A stretch of DNA of 63,362 nucleotides, counting the filler, from Candidatus Methanoxibalbensis ujae (GTDB lineage Archaea > Halobacteriota > Syntropharchaeia > Alkanophagales > Methanospirareceae): the NCBI GenBank assembly GCA_026134085.1. It is 3 parts of 3 records of this genome, joined end to end, with 100 filler letters (N's around TTAATTAATTAA, not from the genome) between each part and the next. Parts side by side here need not be neighbours in the genome. Positions count along the whole stretch, not along the records: positions 1 to 21,441 come from JAOQIN010000030.1; 2 more parts are not named here. One strand, 5' to 3'. This document shows positions 10,638 to 21,137 of this stretch, piece after piece. Position 1 is the first letter of the stretch. Each line of letters begins with the position of its first letter. Under the pieces are notes generated by a model. That model saw only the letters and a list, made by a program, of their open reading frames with translations, did no database searches and was not told the origin of the DNA. The position numbers and the translations under genes are program-made.

Positions 10638-11489
10638 ATGTGTGATGAATGTGCAGTCAGGACAGTGGATCTCCATTTCACATATCCCGATGGGACGAGA
10701 GCGCTGAGAGGTGTCAATTTCACAGCGAGAAGGGGTGAAAAAGTTGCAATCATAGGTTCGAACGGCAGCGGGAAATCCACTTTTTTATTTCATCTGAACG
10801 GCATTCTTTTCCCCACAAAGGGCAAGGTTTTTATAAATGGGGAGGAGATCACAAAGAAGAACCTTGACAACATAAGACAGACAGTTGGAATTGTGTTTCA
10901 GGACCCTGACGACCAGCTTTTCGCGCCCACTGTATGGGATGATGTTGCTTTTGGACCGGGGAACATGGGTCTTTCAAAGAGCGAAGTTGAGGAGCGTGTG
11001 AACAACACATTGAAAATGCTCAACATAGAGCAATTGAAGGACAGGAGTCCTGATAACCTGAGCGGCGGGCAGAAGAGGCTTGTCTCCATCGCGGGTGTCC
11101 TCGCAATGAATCCCGAGATCATCGCACTTGACGAGCCAACATCCAATCTTGATTCTCGCAGCTCAAGCACAGTGATGAGACTCCTGCACAATCTGAGTGC
11201 GAGGATGAAAATCACATTGATCATGGCGACGCACGACATAGATGCTGTGCCTTTGTTTGCGGAGCGAGTTTATGTGATGAGCGAGGGAAGGATAATCGCT
11301 GAAGGCACACCGGAAGATGTGTTTTCAGATGTGGAAGCGATAAGAAACTCTCATCTCAGACTGCCGAGAGTCGCTCACATGATGGAGATCCTTCACAAAA
11401 AGGACGGTATGCCGACAGGTAATCCCTATCCCCTGACCATCGGCGAGGCGAGGAGGAGGTTGCGAGAAATATGCGGGTTGAGAAACTGA
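10638..11489 (+). CDS. cbiO: Cobalt ECF transporter ATPase
   Basis: GSNGSGKST, FQDPDDQLF, LSGGQK, LDEPT. Confidence 0.93.
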   Translation: MCDECAVRTVDLHFTYPDGTRALRGVNFTARRGEKVAIIGSNGSGKSTFLFHLNGILFPTKGKVFINGEEITKKNLDNIRQTVGIVFQDPDDQLFAPTVWDDVAFGPGNMGLSKSEVEERVNNTLKMLNIEQLKDRSPDNLSGGQKRLVSIAGVLAMNPEIIALDEPTSNLDSRSSSTVMRLLHNLSARMKITLIMATHDIDAVPLFAERVYVMSEGRIIAEGTPEDVFSDVEAIRNSHLRLPRVAHMMEILHKKDGMPTGNPYPLTIGEARRRLREICGLRN

Positions 11490-12073
11490 ACTGGGAATAC
11501 ATCTCATCCGGGATACCTGACAGTCTTTTTCTGCGCTCAAAAGCGGGCTTGACAAGAGAAGAAGTGCGTGCGATAATCGTATCAAAGGCCCGGGTGAGAG
11601 GGAATGAGCGTGTTCTGGATGTCGGGGCGGGATCTGGAAGCGTATCCATAGAGTTCGCTCTGCTTGGCTGTGATGTCACCTCTGTGGAGAAGGACAGGGA
11701 GAACTTTGAGATCGCAAGAGAGAACCTGAAGAGATTTGGATTGGAAGATAAAACAGCGCTTATCCTGGGAGATATGAGTGAGATTGAGCTGTCTGATGAT
11801 TTTGATGTAATTTTCTTCGGAGGAACTGACAACCTTGAAAAATCATTTGAGAATGCATTCTCACATTTAAAAGCAGGAGGCAGAGTGATAATTGCGGCTG
11901 TAAGGCTTGAGACTGTTGTTGAAGCAATAAATGTGCTTAAAAAAAAGAATATTACTCCTGAAATTCTGAATATATGCCTGAACAGGGGGAAAGATCTGGG
12001 AGGGAAGACCGCGCTTGCACCATCTTATCCTGTGTTTTTGATTTATGGAGAGAGGCGAGATGAGGATTCGTAA
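11471..12073 (+). CDS. cbiT: Cobalt-precorrin-6B C15-methyltransferase
   Basis: GIPD, LTREEVRA, SAM motif DVGAGSGSVSIE. Confidence 0.88.
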   Translation: MRVEKLNWEYISSGIPDSLFLRSKAGLTREEVRAIIVSKARVRGNERVLDVGAGSGSVSIEFALLGCDVTSVEKDRENFEIARENLKRFGLEDKTALILGDMSEIELSDDFDVIFFGGTDNLEKSFENAFSHLKAGGRVIIAAVRLETVVEAINVLKKKNITPEILNICLNRGKDLGGKTALAPSYPVFLIYGERRDEDS

Positions 12074-12914
12074 GCTTTATGGTGTGGGAGTTGGACCTGG
12101 AGATCCAGAACTGCTCACATTGAGGGCTTATAAAGTGCTTAAGGAGGTTGAAATAATTGTCGCACCGCGCTCGGGAGCTGGAAGAAGGAGTTTGGCACTT
12201 CTCGCTGTTAAAAAGGTGCTTGATGAGCGTGAGAGGAAGCCGATTGTCGTGGAGCCACTGTTTCCGATGACGAAAGATGAGAATGAACTGAGAATGCACT
12301 GGGAGCATGCCAAAAGACAGGTTTTGCAGCGCTGTCGTGTGTCTGTGGATGGAGATGGAGATGGAGATAGGGATGGAGATAGGGATGGAGATGCAGATGC
12401 AAATGCGGATGAATATGATTCAGCAGGTGATTTTTCAGCAGGTGAAAAGACTGAAAAGACTGAGGGGGTCTCATGTTGTGATGTTGCATTCATCACGCTT
12501 GGTGATCCGAGTCTCTACTCCACATTTTATAAATTTCTGAGGCTGTTTGACGAGGATGAGATTGAAGATGTTGAGGTCATACCGGGTGTGCCTTCTTTCG
12601 CTGCATGCTCAGCACTGGCTAAGCTTCCTGTTGCCGAGGGTGATGAAATTGTCTCAATTGTTCCAAACGCGAGTGGAGAAAGAGCTGTGCATGTTATAAA
12701 AAACGCCGATTCATTGATTTTTCTCAAACCAAAAAACATGGATCTGATAAAGAATGCTCTCGGCGACGGATTGGCTGTTCTCTGCGTCAGAATTGGATTT
12801 GATGCACAGGAGTTTATCATGGGGAGGCTCTTTGATATGAAAGCGCCCGGACATTATCTTTCCACGCTCATCGTAAAGCGTGGTGGGAGAGAGGTTGAGA
12901 GTGGTGAGAGGTAG
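12060..12914 (+). CDS. cbiL: Cobalt-factor II C20-methyltransferase with an acidic low-complexity insertion
   Basis: LYGVGVGPGDPELLTLRA, FPMTKD, FITLGDPSLYSTF, VIPGV. Confidence 0.88.
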   Translation: MRIRKLYGVGVGPGDPELLTLRAYKVLKEVEIIVAPRSGAGRRSLALLAVKKVLDERERKPIVVEPLFPMTKDENELRMHWEHAKRQVLQRCRVSVDGDGDGDRDGDRDGDADANADEYDSAGDFSAGEKTEKTEGVSCCDVAFITLGDPSLYSTFYKFLRLFDEDEIEDVEVIPGVPSFAACSALAKLPVAEGDEIVSIVPNASGERAVHVIKNADSLIFLKPKNMDLIKNALGDGLAVLCVRIGFDAQEFIMGRLFDMKAPGHYLSTLIVKRGGREVESGER

Positions 12915-13035
12915 GTTGAGCATGGTGAGGGATAAGAGTGGTGAGAGGTAGGTTGAGAGTGGTGAGAGAGAGGTTGAGCGTGGTGAGAGATGAGAGAGGT
13001 GAGAAAGAGGCTGAGAGGAGGAGCTGAGGAGGGGA
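12893..13035 (+). repeat. Imperfect tandem repeats of the cbiL 3' end (GTTGAGAGTGGTGAGAGGTAG-like, ~21 nt)
   Basis: About 4-5 degenerate copies fill the cbiL-cbiF spacer. Confidence 0.8.
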
Positions 13036-13048
13036 GGTTGTGAGGTGT

Positions 13049-14341
13049 ATGGCTGGTAGAGCCGGTAGAGCCGGGAAGCCTGGCAAGCGCGGAAAAGTGG
13101 TATTTGTCGGAGCAGGACCCGGTGATCCCGAACTTCTCACTTTGAGGGGGAAGCGGGAAACGGAGAGTGCGGATGTGATTGTATATGCGGGTTCTCTCAT
13201 CCCTGATTCTGTTTTGAGGTGTGCGAGGGATGATGCCATCCTGATAAACAGCCACGGAAAGAGCAGGGAGGAGCTTTTTGCAATTTATGAGAATTTTGTG
13301 AAAGAGGGAAAAAAAGTGGTGCGACTGCATTCGGGCGACCTCAGTCTTTACTCCGCTTTTCAGGAACAGATTGAGTTTCTCGCATCCAGAAGCATTGAGT
13401 TTGAGGTTGTGCCCGGAGTCCCTTCATTTTCCGCAGCCTCAGCCCTTCTCAAGAGAGAATTCACATCGCCGGGCGTTTCGCAGACGATTATAATCACGAA
13501 ACCGGATGGAAAAACAGGTAAACCTGAGAGGGAGCGTCTTAGAGCGTTGGCGAGACATGGTGCAACAATGATAATTTTCCTCGGCGTGCATCTCATTGAG
13601 GATATAGTATCTGAACTGCTGGCGGATCATGGTGATGGTGATGGTCACAGTGATCGTGATGATCGTGACAGTGGAGGCTATGCGCCAGACACTCCTGTTG
13701 CGGTGGTTCATAAAGCATCGTGGAGGGGAGAGGAGCAGGTTATAACAGGAACACTGCGGGACATAGCGGAGAAGGTGCGTGAGGCGGGGATAGAGCGTCA
13801 GTCGCTGATAATTGTGGGGGATGTGCTGAGGAGGTCGGGTGTCTCAATGTTATACAGCGTTCGCGGCGAAAAAAGCGGTGCTGCGGTGCCTGCTGATGCA
13901 TTTGCTGATGCATTTGATTGTGATGCATTTGATTGTGATGGAAACAGAGGAGAAGTTGAGATATTCTCGCTTGCCCAGAAATCTGTGGCTGTTGGAGAGC
14001 GTGTCAAAAATGTTCTTCTGATGAAAGGGATTGAAGCGGAGTTCGTGTGCTTGGAGGCGCTTTCGTGCGATAATGCCGACAGGAAGGTGAGGAGCGTCTA
14101 TCGTGCCATAAGGGAGAGCTTCAGAGCGGGGAAGAACATAATCGGCATCCTTCCCATGGGCGTGCTTGTGCGTGCGATAGAGCCGGGGCGTAAGGCGGAA
14201 GATCCGTGGGTTATATGCATGGATGAGGATGGGAGATATGTGATACCCGTGTTGAACGGGCACAGAGGTGCGAACAATTTTGCGAGGCTGATCGCTGAGG
14301 AGCTGTCGTCGGAGGCAGTGATAACGACCCATGAGGAATAG
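13049..14341 (+). CDS. cbiF: Cobalt-precorrin-4 C11-methyltransferase fused to the CbiG N-terminal domain
   Basis: GAGPGDPELLT, YAGSL, RLHSGD, VSQTIII; C-terminal part GVLVRAI..KAEDPWVICMDEDGRYVIPVLNGHRGAN..AVITT is CbiG-N-like. Confidence 0.88.
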   Translation: MAGRAGRAGKPGKRGKVVFVGAGPGDPELLTLRGKRETESADVIVYAGSLIPDSVLRCARDDAILINSHGKSREELFAIYENFVKEGKKVVRLHSGDLSLYSAFQEQIEFLASRSIEFEVVPGVPSFSAASALLKREFTSPGVSQTIIITKPDGKTGKPERERLRALARHGATMIIFLGVHLIEDIVSELLADHGDGDGHSDRDDRDSGGYAPDTPVAVVHKASWRGEEQVITGTLRDIAEKVREAGIERQSLIIVGDVLRRSGVSMLYSVRGEKSGAAVPADAFADAFDCDAFDCDGNRGEVEIFSLAQKSVAVGERVKNVLLMKGIEAEFVCLEALSCDNADRKVRSVYRAIRESFRAGKNIIGILPMGVLVRAIEPGRKAEDPWVICMDEDGRYVIPVLNGHRGANNFARLIAEELSSEAVITTHEE

Positions 14342-14795
14342 GCAAAAAGCGTATATCGGAATGGGCTTTCACAGGGATGTCAGCGAGAGTGAGCTCAAGC
14401 AGGCGATCCTCATGTTTCTGGATGAGCTTGGAATAGATGAGGAAGAGGTGAAAGGACTGTGCACGGCGGATTTCAGGGTGACTGAGGCGTTGAAAGCAGT
14501 CTCTTCTGACCTCGGCATTCCATTGTTTGTGTTTTCTCGATCTGAGATAAACAGCGTGGAAGTGCGCTCGGAGAGCAAGGCAGCAATGAAAGCACTCAAT
14601 GTGAAAGGTGTTTCAGAACCCTGCGCAATTCTCGGTGCGATTGGAGATATTGCTGAAAGCGGGGGTGGCAGTGGCTGTCGGGACTCATGCGGTGGCGGGA
14701 TGTTGAGAGTTGAGAGAAGATCATTTGACAGGAAAATTACACTGGCGGTTGCGATTGTGGATGTGCGGAGAGGGAGGATGAGATGCTGTCGATAG
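14331..14795 (+). CDS. cbiG: CbiG C-terminal (CobE-like) domain as a separate ORF
   Basis: IGMGF, GVSEPCAI, ITLAVA. Confidence 0.8.
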   Translation: MRNRQKAYIGMGFHRDVSESELKQAILMFLDELGIDEEEVKGLCTADFRVTEALKAVSSDLGIPLFVFSRSEINSVEVRSESKAAMKALNVKGVSEPCAILGAIGDIAESGGGSGCRDSCGGGMLRVERRSFDRKITLAVAIVDVRRGRMRCCR

Positions 14796-16192
14796 TTGGG
14801 ATAGGGCCCGGTGCTTTGGACCTTCTCACCGGACGGGCGAAGGAGCGGATTGCGCATGCTGACATCGTGATAGGAAACGAGCGCTATATCTCGCTGATAA
14901 AGGAGATAATCCCGGAGCGTGCGGAGGTCATCATGAGCAAAATGGGCAATGAGGTTGAGCGAGCGAGGATGGCGATAGACCTGAGCAGAGGGAAGAATGT
15001 TGTTCTCGTCTCAGGAGGCGATGCTGGAATCTATGGCATGGCCGGGCTTGTGCTTGAAATGGTTGATCACACTGTGCCTGAAATGATTGATCACACTGTT
15101 GAGCTTGAGATAATTCCGGGCATAACAGCCGCATCCGCCTCAGCCGCACTTCTCGGAGCACCTTTGGCAAATGATTTTGCAGTCGTGAGTCTGAGCGACC
15201 TTCTCGTGCCATGGGCTGAAATAGAGGAGAAGCTCGTCAGTCTGGCGATGACTGACATTGTGGTTGTGATATACAATCCGAGTAGCCGAACGAGAAAGTC
15301 GCAGATTGAGCGTGCACACCAGATTTTCATGAAATTCCGCGGTGATAAGACGCCTGTTGGCATCGTGCGAAACGCTGAAAGGGAAGGTTGCGAGGTCAAC
15401 ATCACCACACTTGCTGAATTGCCACGCTTTTTCGGGTCAATTGACATGTCCACAACAATCGTCATAGGCAGTTCAATGACAGAGAGGCTCGGCAGGAACG
15501 GAAGGTGGATGGTCACCCGCAGAGGTTACAACAGAAAATACGGTTATGACCGCAAGAAAGATAGGGAAAAAAGGGCTGAAAATAGATGGGCAGCAAGCAG
15601 CAGTGCGAGTGAGGCAATATGGATAAGGAGCAAGGCGATCGCTGAGAAGATTGTTTCCGTATGTTCTTTCAACAATTACGAGCGAAGAGTTGCAGAACGC
15701 ATTGTCTTTGCAAATGCGGATCCCTCACTTCTCCGCTTTCTTGTGTTTCATCTCAATCCAATTGAGCGTGGAGCTGCGTGCATAAAGGCGAGAAAGCCTG
15801 TTGTCACCGACATTGAAATGGTGAGATCCGGCATAAAATATGAGCATGTGAAATGCTTTGTGAACGACACAAGGGCATGGGAGCTGGCGAGAAGGGAGAA
15901 CATAACGAGAACTGCTGCGGGAATAAGGCTCGCAGAAAATTTGATGCGAGATGGCATAGTGGTGATCGGAAATTCGCCATCTGCATGTACAGAGCTCGCA
16001 GCACTCGTGAGGCGAGGTATAAAGCCCGCCATCATCGTCGCAACACCGGTTGGTTTCGTAAACGCTGCTGAAGCGAAGGAGGAGATATTGAGGAGTGACA
16101 TCCCCGCAGTCGTCGTGAGAGGAGTTCGCGGTGGCACGCCATCGGCAGTTGCGATAATAAACGAGATAATTGAGATCTCGCGTGAACTGTGA
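14783..16192 (+). CDS. cbiH: CbiH (precorrin-3B C17-methyltransferase) fused to CbiC (precorrin-8 methylmutase)
   Basis: VGIGPG, VSGGDAGIYGMAG, SLSDLL, YNP; C-terminal TDIEMV, TRTAAG, IGNSPSA, PVGFVNAAEAKE, RGG. Confidence 0.9.
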   Translation: MLSIVGIGPGALDLLTGRAKERIAHADIVIGNERYISLIKEIIPERAEVIMSKMGNEVERARMAIDLSRGKNVVLVSGGDAGIYGMAGLVLEMVDHTVPEMIDHTVELEIIPGITAASASAALLGAPLANDFAVVSLSDLLVPWAEIEEKLVSLAMTDIVVVIYNPSSRTRKSQIERAHQIFMKFRGDKTPVGIVRNAEREGCEVNITTLAELPRFFGSIDMSTTIVIGSSMTERLGRNGRWMVTRRGYNRKYGYDRKKDREKRAENRWAASSSASEAIWIRSKAIAEKIVSVCSFNNYERRVAERIVFANADPSLLRFLVFHLNPIERGAACIKARKPVVTDIEMVRSGIKYEHVKCFVNDTRAWELARRENITRTAAGIRLAENLMRDGIVVIGNSPSACTELAALVRRGIKPAIIVATPVGFVNAAEAKEEILRSDIPAVVVRGVRGGTPSAVAIINEIIEISREL

Positions 16193-16255
16193 TTGATGAG
16201 GAGAAGTGAAGAATGATGAGGAGAAGCGAAATAGGAGAAGCGAAATGTTGAGAAG

Positions 16256-17353
16256 ATGAGAGGAATAAGAGACCCTGTATCAGGAAAGATATATCCGGAC
16301 CATCTTATAAGGAAAGCCCCGCTTGCATATGATCTGCTGGTTGAACAGATAAAACAGGGGCGTGTTGTCCTGCTTGATGATGGAAGAGTGCTCAGAAGGG
16401 GCTATACAACAGGGACATGCGCTGCTGCCGCTTCAAAGGCTGCTTCTCTCATTCTCACCTGCATGTCTGAGGTCAGGAGCGTTGATGTGATCACGCCTGT
16501 TGGAGTGAGAGTTGTGCTGAAAGTTGAATGCGCAGCGAAAAAAGAGGGGGAAGGCGTTGCGTGCGTCCGTGTTGATTCAGGCGATTACAAGCACGACACA
16601 TTCAATGGCCTCCTGATATGCGCGAAGGCACGGAGAGCTGCCAAACTCACAATAAAAGCGGGAAAGGGAATAGGAACAATAAAAAAAGAGGGTTTCGGCG
16701 GCAAAATAGGCATGCCGGATATCTACCCGCACATACTGAAAAACATTGAGGAAAATGTGAAAGAAGCTCTGGCGGCACACTCACAGAAAGGAATGGAAAT
16801 AGAGATTTTTGTGCCTGAGGGGGAGGAGGTGGCAAGGAAAACAATCCTTCCTGAGCTTGGAATAGAGGGGGGCATTCCAATATTCGGAGCCACAGGATTC
16901 GTTGAGCCTTACACTGACGATGATTACAAGCATGTCATTGATTTCCTCATAAAAGACAGGAAAGACATGCTCGGCGTTAGCACGGGTGAAAAAAGCAAGA
17001 GGCTCGCTGTTGAGAAGCTTAAGTTCCCGGCGGACAAAATCGTGGTTGCAGGAAATTTCGTCAGATACGCTGTTGAGAGGTCAGATGCGAAGAGGAATGT
17101 GATATTCACAATGCCCGCAAAACTCTGCGATATGCTTGAGGTAAACCCGCATGAGCATTTCAATTTTGAGTTCAGCAGCGTCGGTGAACTGGTTGAGCGT
17201 TTGAAAAGAGAAGATTGCAGGCAATTAAAGGAGTTCTTCGGCAAACTCGCAGATGAGCTGTCCATCAAAACGGGAGCAGAAGTTTATGTGTTTGACAACA
17301 GCGGCGAGTTGATCGGTATGTCCTCATCTCAGACTTCAACGCAGCAACGATGA
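16256..17353 (+). CDS. cbiD: Cobalt-precorrin-5B C1-methyltransferase
   Basis: LRRGYTTGTCAAAASKAA, GKGIG, LGIEGGIPIFGATGFVEP. Confidence 0.9.
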   Translation: MRGIRDPVSGKIYPDHLIRKAPLAYDLLVEQIKQGRVVLLDDGRVLRRGYTTGTCAAAASKAASLILTCMSEVRSVDVITPVGVRVVLKVECAAKKEGEGVACVRVDSGDYKHDTFNGLLICAKARRAAKLTIKAGKGIGTIKKEGFGGKIGMPDIYPHILKNIEENVKEALAAHSQKGMEIEIFVPEGEEVARKTILPELGIEGGIPIFGATGFVEPYTDDDYKHVIDFLIKDRKDMLGVSTGEKSKRLAVEKLKFPADKIVVAGNFVRYAVERSDAKRNVIFTMPAKLCDMLEVNPHEHFNFEFSSVGELVERLKREDCRQLKEFFGKLADELSIKTGAEVYVFDNSGELIGMSSSQTSTQQR

Positions 17354-17456
17354 GCCCTCATGAAGAAGCCCGGTGATGAGGAGCCAGAGGAGCCGGGGCT
17401 GCGATGTAATGTGGATGTCTCGGCCGCAGGTGTGGACGAATTCGTCCTCTCCGAAG

Positions 17457-17990
17457 ATGAACATTGTGATTCTCAGGCTCGGGCACCGCCCTGAAAGGGA
17501 CAAAAGGGTGACAACGCATGTCGCACTCACGGGAAGAGCATTCGGAGCGAGGGGAATGTTCATCACAAATGAGGATGAGCATGTGAAACGCAGCATTTCA
17601 GATGTGTCGGCGCGGTGGGGTGGTGATTTTTTCATTGAAACTGTTGAAAATTGGAGGAGAATGATTAAAGAGTGGAAGGAAAAAGGAGGCAAAATATGTC
17701 ATCTCACAATGTATGGCATAAATATTCTTGACATTATTGACGAAATACGCGAAGAAGCCAGCACCTCGCCCCTTATGGTGATTGTTGGTGCTGAAAAAGT
17801 GCCCCGTGATGTGTTTGAAATTGCGGACTGGAATGTTGCGGTAGGTCATCAGCCTCATTCTGAGGTTGCTGCCCTTGCTGTTTTTCTTGACAGGCTGTAT
17901 GAGGGCAAAGAGCTGAGAGCGAGATTTGCAGATGCGCGCATTGAGGTCATACCATGTGAGCGTGCGAAAAAAGTGATGAGAAAAAAGTGA
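17457..17990 (+). CDS. trm56: tRNA (cytidine(56)-2'-O)-methyltransferase aTrm56
   Basis: [49 protein letters not shown]. Confidence 0.93.
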   Translation: MNIVILRLGHRPERDKRVTTHVALTGRAFGARGMFITNEDEHVKRSISDVSARWGGDFFIETVENWRRMIKEWKEKGGKICHLTMYGINILDIIDEIREEASTSPLMVIVGAEKVPRDVFEIADWNVAVGHQPHSEVAALAVFLDRLYEGKELRARFADARIEVIPCERAKKVMRKK

Positions 17991-18037
17991 TAAAAATGAA
18001 TGATTGAGTTTATTGAGTTTAGAATGCTGCGATGAGA

Positions 18038-19021
18038 TCACAGTTTGAACATGGCTCTTATGCGCTCACCGACGATTTCTATGTCCTTTTTTTTGCCATC
18101 TTCTCTTGCTTTTTTGAGGAATGGCATTCCATGCTCGCTCTCACTGCGCCATTCTTCCGCGAACTTTCCGCTCTGCACTTCTTCAAGTATTTTTTTCATT
18201 TCCTCAACCACTTGCGCCGAGATAACCCTGTTTCCACGTGTTCTGCCGCCGTATTCCGCTGTGTTAGACACATTTTTCCACATATATTCCATGCCACCCT
18301 GTTGAATGAGGTCAACAATCAGTTTTAATTCATGAAGGCACTCAAAATATGCTATTTCAGGTTGATATCCGGCGTCAACAAGCGTCTTATAAGCTGCTTC
18401 AATGAGTGCTGTAACGCCACCGCAGAGCACAACCTGCTCGCCGAACAGGTCAGAAGTTGTTTCCTCGTAGAATGTCGTCTTTATGACGCCGGCACGGGAG
18501 AGTCCCATTGCTTTCGCCATTGCGAGAGCGATTTCAAGCGCATTGCCCGTGAAGTCCTGCTCAACAGCCACGAGCGCAGGAACGCCGAAACCCTCCTCAT
18601 ACAGCTTTCTGACCATGAACCCGGGCCCCTTCGGTGCAACCATAAGCACATCCACATTCTCAGGCGGTTTTATCCATCTGAAATATATGTTGAAGCCGTG
18701 TGAGAACGAAAGCGCATTTCCATAGCTCATGTGCGGTGCCACATACTTATCATATACCTTTGATTGCACCTCGTCAGGGACGAGCATGTGTATTATATCT
18801 CCCTCCTCAGCTGCTTTGCTTATAGGCAGCACACGAAAGCCGTCTGCATTTGCCCTTTTCCAGCTGTTTCCATCCTCACGAACGCCCACGACAACAGAAA
18901 TGCCTGAGTCTCTCAGGTTCTTCGCCTGCGCTTCTCCCTGATTTCCGTAGCCTATTATCGCGATCGTCCTGTCCTCAAGAATTTTTGTGTCTATATCCTC
19001 ATCATGATACACCTTCGCCAT
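18038..19021 (-). CDS. ilvC: Ketol-acid reductoisomerase
   Basis: IIGYGNQG, FSHGFNI, VAPKGPG, DLFGEQVVLCGG, AYFECLHELKLIVDL. Confidence 0.96.
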   Translation of the reverse strand: MAKVYHDEDIDTKILEDRTIAIIGYGNQGEAQAKNLRDSGISVVVGVREDGNSWKRANADGFRVLPISKAAEEGDIIHMLVPDEVQSKVYDKYVAPHMSYGNALSFSHGFNIYFRWIKPPENVDVLMVAPKGPGFMVRKLYEEGFGVPALVAVEQDFTGNALEIALAMAKAMGLSRAGVIKTTFYEETTSDLFGEQVVLCGGVTALIEAAYKTLVDAGYQPEIAYFECLHELKLIVDLIQQGGMEYMWKNVSNTAEYGGRTRGNRVISAQVVEEMKKILEEVQSGKFAEEWRSESEHGMPFLKKAREDGKKKDIEIVGERIRAMFKL

Positions 19022-19116
19022 TATATCACCTCTTTCCCGCTTCGCATCCTGCTCTCATTTTCCCATGTATCCCAATGCCAATACCAATAATGATATTTCA
19101 CATAAACAACAATGCC

Positions 19117-19827
19117 TCACATAAACAACAATGCGAGCATAGCACTCATGAAGCCCGTCAGGAATATTCCATCAAACACGCCTGCACCACCTATGCTCAC
19201 TATCGGTGCCCCCATACGAATCACTTTCCGCATATTCAATATATCGGCACCGAACAGGACGCCGAAAACACCTGATGTGAACGCGATCTTGGGCATGACG
19301 GAAAAATTCTGCGGTGATTGCAGCACAGCGATAAGCGATGCGATTGATGCGAACAATGGAGGGAGGAAAGCGGGGATTATGATACCAACTCCCTTTATCA
19401 CCTTTGCAAATGCATATGATGCTGCGGTCACGATAAAAAAGGCGAGCAGAAAAATCTGAATATGAGGTAAAAGTGATGAAATCAGCAGATATAACGCAAC
19501 TATGACGGGTATTACAGCTCCGCCTACATTTACTGCGAGAACTGTTCTCTGAGAATGAATCACTGGTATCCGATATCTTATGCCGAAGAATGAATATTCC
19601 CGTATAACTTTCACCGGGTGCTCAAATTCCTTTACCGGTATGTTTATAAGGCTGCCTATGAGGCTTGCATACAGTATGAGAAGGATCTGAAGTGCTGAGA
19701 ATCCAAGTGCTCGCCCCACACTGACAATTGCGAACATAAAGGAGAAAAAAAGGAAGGGGAGGGTGAAAAGGAAAATGAAGAAAGGTAGTGTGAGTGGAGG
19801 AAATATATATCTTCGATCCATATTCAT
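19117..19827 (-). CDS. DUF1614 family membrane protein
   Basis: SLIGSLINIP, AVNVGGAVIP, GADI, SIGGAGVFDGIFLTG. Confidence 0.85.
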   Translation of the reverse strand: MNMDRRYIFPPLTLPFFIFLFTLPFLFFSFMFAIVSVGRALGFSALQILLILYASLIGSLINIPVKEFEHPVKVIREYSFFGIRYRIPVIHSQRTVLAVNVGGAVIPVIVALYLLISSLLPHIQIFLLAFFIVTAASYAFAKVIKGVGIIIPAFLPPLFASIASLIAVLQSPQNFSVMPKIAFTSGVFGVLFGADILNMRKVIRMGAPIVSIGGAGVFDGIFLTGFMSAMLALLFM

Positions 19828-19864
19828 TTCCGCTGATGTCAGCGTTTAGCAGTCGGGCAGCAGT

Positions 19865-20623
19865 TCACCTTATGTATTCAAGTTCCTCATCCATCCTCAC
19901 AGGTGCCTGAGCCTGCTCCATCTTTTTCAATCGCTCCACCACACGCTCCATCTCCTTGGCACGCTCTTCAAGTGCCTGCATGTCCATCTCAATGCCGAGA
20001 ATTCTGCAGAGAACGCGGAGAACTGCCTGAGCGCTCTTTGGATCAACGAGATAGCCAGAAGTCACACCGAGCAGGCATACTGCTGGGATCCCCCTCATCT
20101 TACCAAGTCCGAGCAGCAGACCTGATGCGCCTACAATGCTTCCTCCGGGCTCCTCCTCCATGAATTCAATGCCAAAGTTCTTCATCTCCTCAACGAGCTC
20201 TCTGTCATTCGCTGCACCTATGACCTTCTGCTCCTCAACAAGATGTCCGATGCCGTATCCGCCGAGCGTGAATATGCGAGACACACCATAACGCTGCGCT
20301 ATGTCAAGATAAGTCTCGGTGAGCAGGTAATGACCCTCGTTCGTTATGCTCTGCTGGTCACCACTGAGTATGAGCATGTCCAACTTTGGAGATTTCCATG
20401 CATATATCTCGTTCTTGCAGAGGCGAACCGTGCCGTCCTCGTTCACAAACACCTGCGGTGGAAAATACCACGAATATATCTCTATTATCTTTTCCGCTTT
20501 CAATTCCTCTATCATGTGCTCTACAACCAACTTTCCGACATTCCCAACGCCCGGCAGACCCTCTATCATAACAGGATTCTTCAATTCCACCCTCTTTAAC
20601 TCATGAACCTGTATCTCTCTCAT
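19865..20623 (-). CDS. PAC2-family proteasome assembly chaperone homolog
   Basis: EGLPGVGNVGKL, FPPQV, TLGGYG, GASGLLLG, TSGYLVDP; adjacent to nop10. Confidence 0.88.
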   Translation of the reverse strand: MREIQVHELKRVELKNPVMIEGLPGVGNVGKLVVEHMIEELKAEKIIEIYSWYFPPQVFVNEDGTVRLCKNEIYAWKSPKLDMLILSGDQQSITNEGHYLLTETYLDIAQRYGVSRIFTLGGYGIGHLVEEQKVIGAANDRELVEEMKNFGIEFMEEEPGGSIVGASGLLLGLGKMRGIPAVCLLGVTSGYLVDPKSAQAVLRVLCRILGIEMDMQALEERAKEMERVVERLKKMEQAQAPVRMDEELEYIR

Positions 20624-20768
20624 GTTTTCACCTTCTCACACTTATACATTCCTCCCATAATATATAAACACACGCACACCTGCAATTTTTTCTGCGACAA
20701 CATCCGCAGCACGATGAGGCGTCTGTTGCAGAAGCAACCCTGACACCGCCGGGTAGCGGCACACTCCT

Positions 20769-20936
20769 TCATTCCTTCATTGTCATCCTCTTCAGCATCC
20801 TCCGATATCTGCCGTAGCGGTCTGTAGGTGAGAAACGTGGTGGCAGAGGATTCACTGTTTTCGCACCGCACGATGGACAGATGTCCTCAAGCGTGTATTT
20901 ACCACATGAAACACATCGCTTTATCTTCGTTCTCAT
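20769..20936 (-). CDS. nop10: H/ACA RNP protein Nop10
   Basis: CxxC..YTL..CxxCG..PPRFSPTDRYGRYRR. Confidence 0.92.
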   Translation of the reverse strand: MRTKIKRCVSCGKYTLEDICPSCGAKTVNPLPPRFSPTDRYGRYRRMLKRMTMKE

Positions 20937-21137
20937 CAACATCCCCCTCTTCTGCACAACAATTTGCGCTCAGATCGCATGCAGACTTATATTTCCTCAC
21001 TTCTTTACTCACCTCAACCTTCAAGTCAGATTCTCATATACAATGCATCTCAGGCCCTCCTGCAATAAATGGACTGTCGCTTGCTCTCAACAATGCTCGC
21101 AACAGGTAAGCAGGTGCAGAAACAATGTGAAGTGCAA

